A DNA stretch of 64,000 nt, taken from Vicugna vicugna. Taxonomy: Eukaryota. Shown one piece after another: positions 1 to 13,052 of the stretch (position 1 is its first letter; each line of letters opens with the position of its first letter). The translations under genes and the position numbers were made by a program. The stretch covers positions 6,793,741 to 6,857,740 of the forward strand of contig MU058636.1 of assembly GCA_013265495.1 (NCBI GenBank), given 5' to 3'. Below the pieces are notes generated by a model. The model saw only the letters and a list, made by a program, of their open reading frames with translations, made no database searches and had not been told where the DNA came from.

Positions 1-641
1 TGGATTTATCACCAGAGACTCTAGTAGGTGGAGAGAATGGTGCTCTCGTGGAGGTTGAATCTTTGTTGGATAATGTATATAGTGCTGCTGTTGAGAAACT
101 CCAGAACAATGTACATGGCAGTGTTGGTATCATTAAAAAAAATGAAGAAAAGGATAATGGTCCATTGATAACGTTAGCAGATGAGAAGGATGAAATTCCC
201 AACAGTAGCTCATCATTTCTTTTTGATAAAATACCCAAACAGGAGGAGAAACTCCTTCCTGAACTTTCCAGCAATCACATCATTCCAAATATTCAGGACA
301 CACAAGTACATCTTGGTGTTGGTGACGATCTTGGATTACTTGCTCACATGACCGGTAGTGTAGACTTAACTTGTACATCAAGTATAATAGAAGAAAAAGA
401 GTTCAAAATCCATACAACTTCAGATGGAATGAGCAGTATTTCTGAAAGAGATCTGGCATCATCATCTAAAGGGTTAGAGTATGCTGAAATGACTGCTACG
501 ACTCTGGAAACTGAATCTTCTGGCAGCAAAATTGTACCTAATGTTGATGCAGGAAGTATAATTTCAGACACTGAGAGATCTGACGATGGCAAAGAATCAG
601 GAAAGGAAATCCGAAAAATCCAGACCACTGCTACAACACAA
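1..641 (+). CDS. NBEA: NBEA large exon (5'-truncated by window), DLSPETLVGG...KIQTTATTQ
   Basis: Frame open from position 3 (same frame as ORF 48..677). Donor CAA|GTAAGT at 641/642, phase 0. Confidence 0.95.
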
Positions 642-2333
642 GTAAGTCATCCTACCTGCATTCTAAAAATGCACTGAGTAGATATGGAGTTGTCAGCGCC
701 AAAGCAGAGTGGTTTCTTACCAGTTACACCGTGTTTATGTGTAATTGTGGTGTAATAGTAATGTATAAAATGGAGTGGTGTGGTGGTTGGTATACGTAAA
801 AGAAACCTAAAATATCTGAATCATATATCCAACTGTCGCATACTGTCTGTGTAACTTTGCTCAACCTCTCTGGGCCTGAATTTTTTAAAATGGTACAAGA
901 GGTTGTACCGGCTTGAAATATGACCTTTAAGGCCTCTATCACTCGTAACGTTTTATGGTTCTGTGACTACATTGACACATTTGTACTCGAGATCTTCATT
1001 CTGAATACTTGATTAATTTAACCTTTCAAGCTTCAGGCCCGACCCTACTCTGTGGATTATAGAAAAGAGGACTTGGAGCCCAGATGGAGCTGGTAAATGA
1101 AATGAAGGGGAAGGGAAAAGGGGACTGTTATTTTCAGGTGCTTCCCGTGTTCCAGGCACTGTGCTGTATGTTTTCAGATTTAATCCTGACAACAGCCCTG
1201 TGAGGTCGGTAACATGGCTGAGAAAACTTGGAATATTAGCAGTGAGAAGTTTCTTTTACAACCACATGGATAGGTATCAGTATGAGAAAACTAAAGACTT
1301 AGGTGGTGAGGAGATGGTGGTGCTGTAGTTGTGACCTCAGCATGCCAAAGCTAAAAACAGGCAGGGTTTTCCGACGTTGATATAACTGTGGAGCTTTTGG
1401 TTTCTACTTACTTGTTTTCTAGGCTAAATTATGGTTAAGAGCTGAAGAAAACTTAACCCTTAATGATTTATTTTTTGTTGTTGGTTGTCTGGGTTTTTCA
1501 TTCACCTTTTAATGTCATCAAAGAAGAATTTAACATGTGTCCATTAGAGTTATGTCATGGAGAGTAAACCACACCTCACTGGTGTCTTTGTGCTCTAATA
1601 AGATTCTTTGACAATATGTTCTTTGTGTGGAAAAGGTATTTTTACTTTTTTCTCTATTAACGACTTCCAATTTCCATTTTGTGGCAGTTGTACTATAGTG
1701 ATACTTTGCAGGGAATAGGGATATTGAATTAAGGGCAGGTTTAAAACAATGGAAAGCATGGTGTATTGTTTACTGAGCATAGTAAACGCTAGACTTGCCT
1801 GGTTTTCACTCAGATTTCACAGGCATTTGTCTGGTTTTCTAACTTATAAAATGTGTGTGCTTTTCTAAATTGAAATACTGTGAGTAAAGTAGGCTTTGAA
1901 GTCAACTGGAATCTGTTCAAGTAATATTTCTTTTAGTCTTGTGTTTCTGATTAGAACTAGTTGGTGACATGGACCCAGTATCCTGCACCTGCGTATATGC
2001 TCACTTTCGTAAGGAGGACACGTGGTCTAATGTAAGGACGCATTAAGAGGACCGAGGAGGATCCGGTTTGCAATGAGAACTGTGGTGTTAAGCTTAAGTA
2101 GTTAATTACCTTGTCTAGTTTCTGAAGTGGCAAAGTAAAAATAGTAATAGTAGCCTTTTCTTCTCAAAAAGTGTTATTTGCAGGGAATCACCAGGTGCAT
2201 AATATATGTAAAATATACTAACCTAGTGTCGTCAGATACAGAAGCTTTTCCCAGTTAACTGTGCTCACCGTCTTCATTTTGAAATCAGCTATTTCTTTTG
2301 CATTCCACACACGTTCACCTCGTCTGTCTCTAG

Positions 2334-2551
2334 GCTGTTCAGGGTCGGTCTGTCGCACAGCAAGACAGAGATCTCCGAGTGGATCTAGGATTTCGAGGAA
2401 TGCCGATGACCGAGGAGCAGCGGCGCCAGTTCAGCCCAGGCCCACGCACAACGATGTTCCGTATTCCTGAGTTTAAATGGTCGCCCATGCACCAGCGGCT
2501 GCTCACCGATCTGCTGTTTGCGTTAGAAACAGATGTACATGTTTGGAGGAG
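2334..2551 (+). CDS. NBEA: NBEA exon, [19 protein letters not shown]...ETDVHVWR(S), 218 nt
   Basis: Acceptor ctgtctcTAG|GCT and donor GAG|GTAGGA. Phase 0 to 2. Translated by hand; the ORF track shows a different frame here. Confidence 0.95.
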
Positions 2552-3373
2552 GTAGGAACACTTCTTTTCTATAAATGACTGCTTTCGCTTGAAAAAATGA
2601 ATATTTTAAATGAACAGCATCGACTAAAAGAGACGTATCATTAAAAATCTCACAAATTAAATCTATCAAAAATAAACAAACATTGAAATTTTTATGGGAA
2701 CATAGATATTTTCATAATGGCTGTAAGGCTGGGTATCTCAAATTAAAAGGTATCCAAGAATTTAGGCTTAAGACAATTACAAAGCAAAATCCGGCATTGC
2801 CTATTCTATATAAAAAAGAGATTTAACCAAAAAAAAGGTTCAGTATTGGTTCAAAATAATTTCCACATTTTTATCTTTTTCTGTTAAAATTAATACTATA
2901 TAGTACATATATTTTTGGTAATAAGATTATAACATATAATGTTAAAATAAAATTTGAAATCACCTTATCACATGTTTTTAGAACTTATACCATTTAAGTG
3001 GCACGTGGGTATCAGTTCAAATATAATCATTTAAAGAAAACAAAGTAAAAAACATAGTTCAATTGTTTTATTTTAGTTTAAATAAATTTACTAAATTAAA
3101 ACAAAACAATTCTACATAATTTAAAAAAATTACCTTACCTCACTTTCAATTTAATTTTCTAACAGCAAATATGCAATAAATTAATCATTTTGAGACTGTG
3201 TCATTTACACGTTCATGCAGATAAAATAGGGATTTGGTGGCTGTATGTACTGGAGCACCCCCCCACCCCATCAGCGAGTGCACCTCTCTGCTTCTCCTTA
3301 TTTTCCTTTTAAGATTCAGAGGAGGCTTCTGCTCCCAGCTTCAGTTCAACACAGGGAACTTACCAAGCCAGGA

Positions 3374-3485
3374 CTCTTCTTTCTCTTTCTTTCCCTTCTT
3401 CCTTCCTCCTCTTCCTTGTCTTCCTCTCCCTCCTCCTCCTCTCTCTCCTCTTTCTTGTCCTCTTCCTCCTCTTCTCTTCTTCTTT
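3374..3485. repeat. Polypyrimidine/polypurine low-complexity tract (CT/CCT-rich)
   Basis: About 110 nt almost entirely C/T on the + strand. Confidence 0.9.
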
Positions 3486-4791
3486 ATTATTTTCCTAAAA
3501 GAAGTCCCTCAAGAGATTTCCCTGTTAGGTCTCACTTGTCAGCAGGATCCTGTGCTCTTCTTGAGTCAGTCAGGCCTACATAAGCACAGTCCTGGTTACA
3601 AACCTAGTAGCTATGGTGAAGCCAGTCTTTCCTATACCTGAGCTAGCTCAATGATAGAACACAATCTAGATTGTTTTAACATGGAATCAGGAATGACTAT
3701 CATAGAAGCAATCAGTGTCTGGCATAGAAAGATTTTAGTTCTCATTTTATTTGGTCAGTTTGTCCTTAGTCTGCAGAAGCAATGATAGTCGCAGTGGTGT
3801 TTCCATTGATGTGCTTAATTACCTGGTGATGGTAAATAAGGAGACTGGAATACAGTGAAATACATTCATGTTAACATGAATATCAAAGTATGGAGAAATG
3901 TAGTGTAATTTTTAATTACAATACCAGTAGCCCCCAGGTGACTGATACTCAGCTTTCCTTGCCTTAACATAGTGTGTGTCTTTCTGTGTTTTCTTTCATG
4001 GGCTCTCATGAAACTTCCCAAATAGAATTCTATGTAATTAAAATTTTAAGATAGATAGCACTTTAATTTTTAAGACAGGATAACATCTTGAGATCTAAGA
4101 TACAATAGATGATATTTTGCAGTTCTAAAAAGATGAGAATCATTGACTTAAATTTGATCATGGAGTAATCTTTTTTTTTCTGTTAGAAAATAGTTCATAT
4201 TCTTGACTGACAGCAAACTGAAGCAGTGTATTTCTCTGGGCATCTGGGAATTGTATGTTTTGTGTAGCACAGGTTCACTGCTGACCTTTGAGATCTTTTT
4301 CCCTTTTTTATTCAGTAAGTACTTGAATTTTTACCCATTCATTTATACTCCCCTATCACATCTCTTCTGTGACAACAGTATACACTTTCAGTATGGCTGG
4401 TCAGAGCAGGAGCTGCACTCTGCTGCTGGATCAAATTGTCAGTTAACTATCCAGTTGTTCTGCCTTTCAGTATAAAACAAAATATATTCTTCTAGCCAAA
4501 TTTATTGACATAGTCATATGTCTTTGAATCTAGTTAATACATTGGGTTTTTTAAGTGAAACAAAACAATGAGTTAATGTACTTGGGCACATACACAAAAA
4601 ATCCATGCAGAGATGAATGCTAAGGTTTAATGATATCTTAATTGTAAATTATTTTCTCTTCTAATAACTCTATTTTAAATTTGCCTAGTTCTTATTTTTT
4701 ACTTGAAAAATATCTTTATAAAATGTGGCCTAAACTTTTTTTTTTAAACCAAAGAAATGTTAATTTGTGTTTTGTTTTTCTGCTATTTTAG

Positions 4792-4945
4792 CCATTCCAC
4801 AAAGTCTGTAATGGATTTTGTCAATAGCAATGAAAACATTATTTTTGTACATAACACAATTCACCTCATTTCCCAAATGGTAGACAACATCATCATTGCT
4901 TGTGGAGGAATTTTACCTTTGCTCTCGGCTGCTACATCACCAACT
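4792..4945 (+). CDS. NBEA: NBEA exon, [12 protein letters not shown]...LLSAATSPT, 154 nt
   Basis: Acceptor tattttAG|C and donor ACT|GTAAGT. Phase 2 to 0. Lies within ORF 4757..4984. Confidence 0.95.
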
Positions 4946-5082
4946 GTAAGTACTTTGCCTCCATCTAGTGGTTATGTTTTATAATTACATCTCTAGAGCA
5001 GGTCAGTGGTGGTACGTTTTGTAAACATGAATTTTAACATTTGTTCACCTAAGGAAACTTTTAAACCATATAATTTAAAATT

Positions 5083-5163
5083 GTATATATATATATTCTT
5101 ATCTCATATATATATATTCAGATATATATATGTGTGTGTGTATGTATATATATATATATATAT
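5083..5163. repeat. Compound (TA)n/(TG)n microsatellite
   Basis: Directly visible interrupted TA and TG runs. Confidence 0.9.
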
Positions 5164-6503
5164 TCTTATCTCTTTTAATTGTCAGTGTTGGGTTCCAGCT
5201 ATGTCTGTTTATAAAAATACTTCTCAGAAGAGCTGTGACCATAAAGGATTTAGCTTTATTTTCTATATATTGTTTATCTCTTCAAATATACATTGTAATC
5301 AACTGTCAAAATCCTAGTTCTGTAGATCTTTAAGTTCTAAAGTACATGGTTGTTGTAGAATAATCACAGTCCTGAATCTAAATTTAGAAAAAGGTATAAT
5401 TAGATATGCAGTCTGATATAAACTACTTGAAATATTTTTAAACTTAATATTATTTTAAACTATATATAGGAGTTGTATGTTTCTGTTCTCTGAGATTTTA
5501 ATCTTGAAGCCATTAATTTGCTTCAAAAAGGATATCAAGTGAGTTCTTAAAGTGTTTCTTATTTAAAACTTTACTTAGGTACTTCCGCTAAGTATAAATA
5601 ACATTTTTTCTGCATTTGAAAAATTTCATAATCCTTAAAAACCTCACAAACTTTTGTTTGTCATATGGCATCTTACAGCATTTTCATCTGATTTGATTTA
5701 TTGATTCAACATATATTTTTTAGAAATATAGACTTGTCTACATATAAGACATTAAAGTACATTAATATATATGTTTAAAAGGCATTTAATGTTATTTATA
5801 TGTCATTTAAAGTATAATAGTTAAATAAGAATAACTATATTTCAAGAGTCATTTAAAAAATATCTCTGGTTCATACTAAAAAACAAAACAGAACACAGTC
5901 CACTAATTGCTAAGCTGGGAAACAACATGAATCCGGCTTCCCGTATTAACTGTGTTCTTGCTGTCATGTTGGAAACTCATCCGTTAGCCCCTATGTATCC
6001 TTTTTCCTGAGAGAAACTTACTGTTTTGTTAAGATGTTTACTTGATGAGACAGTCCTTCCAGATTGATCTCTGGCTTTATTTCATCATTAACAAGCTTTT
6101 CCTACTTGACTCTTTTTCCCACTGTCCCATTGTCAATGCCACCATCCCCAAAGCAGCATTGAAACTTAAATATTAGCATCAAAAGAATGTATCCTCAATA
6201 CACCTCCCCTTCACAGGCATACATACTTCTATTTCATCCATGAATTTATTAAAGAGTCTCCAAAGGCAAGAAGGCTAGTTCAGGAGGGAGAGCCCCAGAA
6301 CAGTTCTTTACGGACTTAATGGAATTAGTAACTGACCAAGGAAGTGGAAGCGGGAAGAAAAATAGTTAATGGTGTGTGAAGAGTGCAGATAGCCTGCAAG
6401 GTTAACATACCAACCCTTCTCTTTAATCTCTGATTTCCTTTCGTGACATGTATCAAATTCTGGTAAATTGAGAATTGTGTATAATTTAAGAAAATACATT
6501 CTA

Positions 6504-6550
6504 TCACACAACATTGTAAACTGACTATACTTTAATAATAAAATATATAT
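6504..6550 (+). mobile_element. Very short 5'-truncated L1-type 3' end with degenerate TSD
   Basis: cacaacattgtaaactgactatactttaataataaaa resembles L1 3' termini. Flanked by AGAAAATACATTCTA (6489-6503) and AAAGAATGCATTCTA (6551-6565), 12/15 identical. Confidence 0.65.
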
Positions 6551-7700
6551 AAAGAATGCATTCTAATACTGGGGCAGAAAGAGGGGTTTTTTCCCTCTCT
6601 TTTACACATTGAAAATAAAATTAATCAGTGTTTCATCCTGGCATTTTTCTTCATTGTATAAATTTTGTTTTATGTCTTATAAATTATAATTTGTTGTCAG
6701 GAAATTTTTAAAGGTTATACTGAAATTTTCTTTAAAATATAGTATTGCTTTAAGATATTCTGTAGAACAAAAATGATCTTCATATAAAATTAGCAGTAGA
6801 CATTAAAATGTGTCTAGATTTGAAATATTCACATTACTAAATAGTATTCCAAAGTTTTAAACTAAAAGCTCTCTATTAAGATAAATACTAAATTAATCTA
6901 ATAACATATCAATAAACATTATGATTTAAATACTATATTGCTACCCAAATTTACTTATTTTTTATCTCCTAATAAATACAGTAAAGATAATGACATTTTG
7001 AGGTTTGACTTCCAAAATTAACACCTGTGCAGTTCTAACCACTGTAGTTTGGAATTTGAAACTGTTTTACTTATTTTTTAGACTGTTCTCAACAGACTTG
7101 GGAATTCATTCAATTGTAGAAACTTTTCTTCATTGTCTCTGTCTCTAGAATCTGTTATTTTGGTCCGTTAACTAATTGTACTGATGCTTCATTGTGCAAC
7201 ATAGCTAATTTTATGTTCTTTGATAAATTGCGTCCCTAAAAGAAACAATGAGACCCTTTCCTCCCATTTCATACTGGTAGAAAATATGGTTGGTGCTGAC
7301 TGTTGAGTAATGTTTTCTATTACTTGGTTGTATAATATTCTTGCTAAAAACTGTAATGTAGTAGAGGGAAATAATTAGGAAGGGGAAGTTGAGTAAAAAA
7401 AGACGTTAAAATGGAAGATAGGGAACTTTTTGACTTAGATTTAAAATATAAAAAGCCAAAAGAGGATTTTATATAGAATGAGTGAAAAAGGAAACATTGA
7501 CAGTATACAGATTATCAAAGGGAAACACTGTCATGTAGATGCCTTTAGAATGTCAATCCTAGATATGTAATGAGAGATACAAACATTTGCAACTAACCTT
7601 TGATCTGTAATTTTGTTTAGGTGTGTGGAGTTTTTCAAAATATTTATACATTATATACAGATATGTATTTGACAAATAAGTAAAAGTAATAATGGTATTG

Positions 7701-7900
7701 CAGTGGATGGCAAACTTATTCTGTATATGGATCCTATAGTAAATATTTTCAGTTTTGTGGGCTATATGTTCTGTCCTAACTACTCAAATCTGCTAGTTTT
7801 GCAAAAGCAGCAATACACCATCACGTAGAGGAGCAGGTGTGGGTGTGTCAGTAAAACTTTATTTATCTTTGGCACGTCGGTCCTAGTTTGCTGACCACTG
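7701..7900. mobile_element. MER58A-like hAT-Charlie DNA transposon
   Basis: Terminal inverted repeats CAGTGGatgGCAAACT...AGTTTGCtgaCCACTG about 200 bp apart; internal sequence resembles MER58. Confidence 0.75.
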
Positions 7901-10510
7901 ACTTACAGTATCATTTTCACATAAAATGCAAATGTCGCAGTATAGTTTTAGTTTTAAATTAAATTTTATTTTGGTATGAAACTTTATTACTTATTGCTGA
8001 CCATTGAAAATTCAGTATTTAGAGCTTAAGATATATTTATTATTTCCTGTTAATCAAGAGCTTGCATTTGACTTAATGATCATTTACTGTAGTTTACTTT
8101 TTTAAAACAATTTTACTGATTGTTGTGGTCACTATGTTTTATTAGAAGGTGTGTAACATTTTCGCATGCAGCCATACTAAAGTTTTTTAGCTTTGACACA
8201 TCTAACATTGAAATTGTACTTAATTTTGAAAGGGTAAGTAGAATGTTAAATGTTCTTTATAATTCTCTATTAAAAATTCAACCCATGAAAATGTCTTTCC
8301 AATTTCTCAGTATAAGTGTGGATCTCAGACATATACTCCTTTTCATCAAAAACAAAATTATTTTCCAATAATCAGTGAGTCCTAGACATGACTTTTCTGA
8401 AGTTATGATTTAATGGAAGGCATATAGGTTTTATCATGAGGTAAATCTATATTTTAGCCTGGGTTCTACTACTTACTAGATGTGACCTCAACCTCAGTTT
8501 CTTCATTTTAATGGTGTTACTTTTACTTACCCGTCAGAGAATTTGTGAAAATTAAGTTAATACCAATGGATGGAGAAGGCTTTTACTGAATGTTTCCCTC
8601 CTTCACTTCCTTTTGGAACCTTTTATTCAGATTTGTATCATGATAGAATAATCTTCCTATTTATGCAACAAGCCTGTCCCATTCAGAATTCTGAAATTTA
8701 AAATAGGGTAGTTGAGACAGATTTAGTTATTATAGGTGTTCCATTTTGATGGCAAAAGACTAAAGTGGTGTGATGTTTTTATCTGCTATCTCCATGGGAT
8801 TGGCATAGTAGTGGTCTGTTTTCTGCCCTTGGACCTTATATGAATACAGTAATCTGTGCTAAGGGTAACATTTGTGTATTGCTGTTGCAGTGTTATGTGA
8901 GAAATTTTGAGCTGCTTAATCTAACTTGTAAGGAAATATTTCAATGGAAACCTTACGGAAAAAAGAGTATAGATATACAGTATTTGTATTATAATGACAC
9001 CTCGAACTTAAAATTCATTGAAGAAGTAGGATTTTTTGGAGTTTCAGTTTTACCTAGATTACTGAAAATCTTATATTGCATAGAAAATAAATTACAAGAA
9101 TAAAATAGTTCAAGTCTCTAAATTAGAGCAATAGTTTTAATAACTTCAGTAGTCGGGGAAGGAAAATAGACCTTTTAGTGTGTAGTTTGACCAAGTCTTT
9201 GGTTTGGGGAAGAAGTATTATTTTTGTTGTTCTTGTTGAGTTTTTGAAGTTAATGTTTCTATGACTAGTCACTTGAATCGTCATTTATATTCTGTACATT
9301 GATCAAGTTGGTCATGAATGAAAGCAAGGAATTAGAGAAAAAAATAAAGAGAAGCAAAGAACATGTATTAACTACAAATTGCAGAATCATTTTAAGTTGA
9401 CCATTTTGGTCAACCATCCAGAACACTGGATGTTTAGAATATAATTTGGTGTCATGTATGCTTTCATTTTCTCTGTTATAGACAAATAATAAAGACTGAT
9501 ATTTCTGGTTTTCCTAATAGTTTCATAATCATAAGAAAGAAGAGCAACTTTTTCTGTCAAAAATGATGACAAGGTCTTAATTTTAGTTTGCATTTTCTTA
9601 TCATTATCAGGATATGTAGCTAATAGATTTGGAGAAACTAGTATTTTTTGTTTGTTTGCTTATCTTGTAACACTGATTATACTTCAGTATTCTCAGGATG
9701 CTTTTGTATGTTTTCCTATACAATGTACCATGAAAATAGTGTATTTTGAAATTTATGCTCATGTACATTGTCAAAAAGCAGAGAATGGAAACCGTTGATG
9801 ACTTTTATTATGAAACTTAATTCTATCCAAAATTTTAATATATTGAATATAATTCTTAATAAGACTCTGAAACTTAGTGCGATATCTATGCAATTATCTT
9901 TGTTCACATGCCACCTTGTTTAGTGTATCAATAAGTTCTTTTCTAGCAAGGGAAAGCAGTTTTTAAGTTAGAATCACTTAAATATTTTATTATGTTATTA
10001 ACTCCTGGGGGTTTTGGTCTATAGAAAAGGTTCCAAATATGTTAAGAAACAAAATGACGTGATTCCTTAATGAAAATTCTAGAAGGTGGTATAGTTGATT
10101 TTCCTAAGTCATTTCTGCTTAAACCAGTACTGATTCAGGGCTTTTACAGAGACATTGTTATTTTATTTATTGAAATGTTTCCTTAGTCATCTTCTAGGAA
10201 AAGATATTTATTTTGTAAAGTAGAATATGCATAATTTCTAGTATATGAACTATATTTACATAGATATTATTTGGGCAGTTACCGTAATGAAAAAATAAAT
10301 ATAAGTCTATTTGATATTTACTTTTAATCATATGTAATTTATAAAATGAATATCTCTTCTGAGAATTTTTGCTTTTAATGAAATAATCAAATATAATTTT
10401 AGTATATTATTTTGTGTTTCAATTTTACATTGTATTTTCATTTAATTTTAATAATTTCCTTTTCTTGTACTTTTTTGGTCTGTTGTCTGTTTTGTCTAAT
10501 GCATGTCCAG

Positions 10511-10519
10511 GGTTCTAAG
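10511..10519 (+). CDS. NBEA: NBEA 9-nt microexon GGTTCTAAG encoding Gly-Ser-Lys
   Basis: Long U-rich tract, then tgcatgtcCAG|GGTTCTAAG|GTTAGT. Phase 0-0. Supplies the GSK of the recalled NBEA sequence SPTGSKTELENI, which neither flanking exon encodes. Confidence 0.88.
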
Positions 10520-12871
10520 GTTAGTATTGCTTAAGTAATTTTCAGGTTTTCAGTTTTAAATTTTATTTTTGCTTATTTATGAAATTTTTGACTTGGTTAT
10601 ACTTTGAGTTTCCATACCATCTTTAACATTAAATATACTTTGATGTATGTAAAAGACTCAGTAGGAGGATTATTTTTCAATGCACTGATGAATTAATTCT
10701 TTATTCACAGTAATCTTTAGACTAAACTATTGTAATATAGTGAAAACAGTATTTCAGTCATATGTACAATCAAGTGCTAACTGGTTCCAATGAAAGAAAA
10801 TTGGATGGAATATTAAGTTAAGATTTAGTAGTAATCATAAGTGGGTAATCTTTGTTATTAAACCTATGTTATGATATTTATGTAACATTTCTTCATATTT
10901 ATAATTTACTTTTACATAGAATTAATAAGAACTCCCTTTTAGGTTATTGGTTGTGTTAAGAATGCTTTTTATTTTAAAATTTTATTTTGCTTGTCAAAAA
11001 TAACAATTTGGCAAATTACATGGTTGACTAATAACTCTGTTCATAATTTCTGTTTATAATTTACTCATTTAAAAATGAAAAAATACTTTGAAGCTTAGGC
11101 CTTGTAGACCCCAAAAGACTTAAAAATAAGATCATTAATTAGTAAAATGAGTTAAATTTCTCATAATTTTAGTAATTCAAAATGATGAAGAATTTCTCTA
11201 AGAATGCATGTATAGATATCCTAAAATTCTAGTATTTTGAAAAATTTTCAGGATGTTTGATAGACCTAAGCAATGGCCGGACTTCCAGCCCATTATAACA
11301 CACTTATATTGATAACATGTTTAAAAGAAGGCTTCATATAAAATTAATTTTTTGACTTCTATTATATACTAGTGTGTCGTGGTCACAGATTTTTAATTCA
11401 TGCTATGAAATGATGCTGCATATCAGTGAAGTACTAGGAAATAAGGGATCTTTATTTTTTAAACTCCAAGTAATGAATTAATCATTTATTTAGGCCATGG
11501 ATACCGAATTGGCATAATGTAAATCAACAATTGAAAACAAATTTTTGTCCATTTTCAAGCTCCTCTTAGAGAGAATGATTGTAACACTATTTTGATGTTA
11601 CATGGAAGGGAGAAAGACTACATTTTATACTCCACTTATAATTGAGTTCAGTTATATAGTGCTTGCAGTGGAGTCAGCTATCATTTTTCTTATTCACGTT
11701 GTACACAAGAAATGTTTGAGGTGTGTGTGTGTTTGTGTGTGTTTTAACTCAGTGTTCCTGCTGACACATGCTAATGTGAACAGCAATATGTTTAAGTAGA
11801 ATGAAGACTATAAATAATGTCAAAATGAGACCTTAAATAGGAGCAGGTAGCCTATAGAATATGCTTACTGTATAGCTGAATTTATCATTGGATGCAGAAG
11901 TAAGGTTAATCAATATGGCTAGTGTGCCCATTTTAAGAAAATTTAAAAAGTAATATTTTTTATTTGTAAGGCATTCCTTACTTTTCTCTGTTTTTGAGGC
12001 ACTGAGAAAATGAGGCCTAATCACAATGAACCAAAATAATTAAACTGTTCTATAGTTCACAATGAAAAGTAAAATAAGAAATGTTGCTATAGCTTATAAA
12101 AGACAAAGCTGGACATCTTATGAGACAGAATACTTTGTGCCATTCCCTTTCAAAGCGGGAAATTATATTTTACTATAGACTATATTTTAGTGAAAGTACA
12201 GCTTCACCAATCTAGAACGCTACTGATTTTTCTTATTGCAAGTGTCTTGTATAGGTTGTAAATTAATATCAGAAGAGGAATTAATGATCTTCTTGAGTAT
12301 TTTTACCTTAGATTTTTACCATACATGCAAGATACCTAGTAGCTTCACATTCTGAAATGGACAAGAAGTTGTCATACATTCTGATCTGACAGTTGTCTCA
12401 TTTTGATGCCAAGTGAAAGTGCCATTTATCTTTCCTGTTACTCATCATACATTTATGGGAAAGAAAAGTTAGCTCATATCATTTTATAAATGAGAGTGAT
12501 ATTTTAGGAAAGAATTATCAATTTTTTTGTCTTTGTTAACTAAAAAAATAGAACAAAACTGGTATAAATACATGCACGTGATTATTTCTAAATATCTTTA
12601 TGAAATGATCTTAGGTTTGGAACATAGTTTCTATAAGTAATGATGTTTAAATATAAAATTGATTTTAAAAATAGACATTTCTTTTATTTAAGGATAATTT
12701 ATGGGTAAACTGATTAAATTTGATAACCAGCTCTTGTGATACATGGAATTAGTTTATGATTTATAACTTATTTTGTTTACAAAATATACTTAACTACTGT
12801 TAATCAGAAGTATGTATATACATGTATTTTCCAAATTTTAAACAAGGCTTTAATTTTCTACTTTCTTAAAG

Positions 12872-13052
12872 ACGGAATTGGAAAATATTGAAGTGACGCA
12901 AGGCATGTCAGCTGAGACAGCAGTGACTTTCCTCAGCCGATTGATGGCCATGGTTGATGTACTTGTATTTGCTAGCTCTCTAAATTTTAGTGAGATTGAA
13001 GCTGAAAAAAACATGTCTTCTGGAGGTTTAATGCGACAGTGCCTAAGGCTTG
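12872..13052 (+). CDS. NBEA: NBEA exon, [11 protein letters not shown]...GLMRQCLRL(V), 181 nt
   Basis: Acceptor ctttcttaAAG|ACG and donor TTG|GTAAGT. Phase 0 to 1. Confidence 0.95.

Noticed and set aside
344..628. Antisense ORFs over NBEA exons (also 12850-13077, 35661-36003, 48483-48692)
   Set aside because: Shadow ORFs of real coding exons on the opposite strand.
3234..3641. Overlapping 135-aa and 112-aa ORFs rich in Pro/Leu/Ser
   Set aside because: Artefact of the stop-free polypyrimidine tract; no homology-like content.
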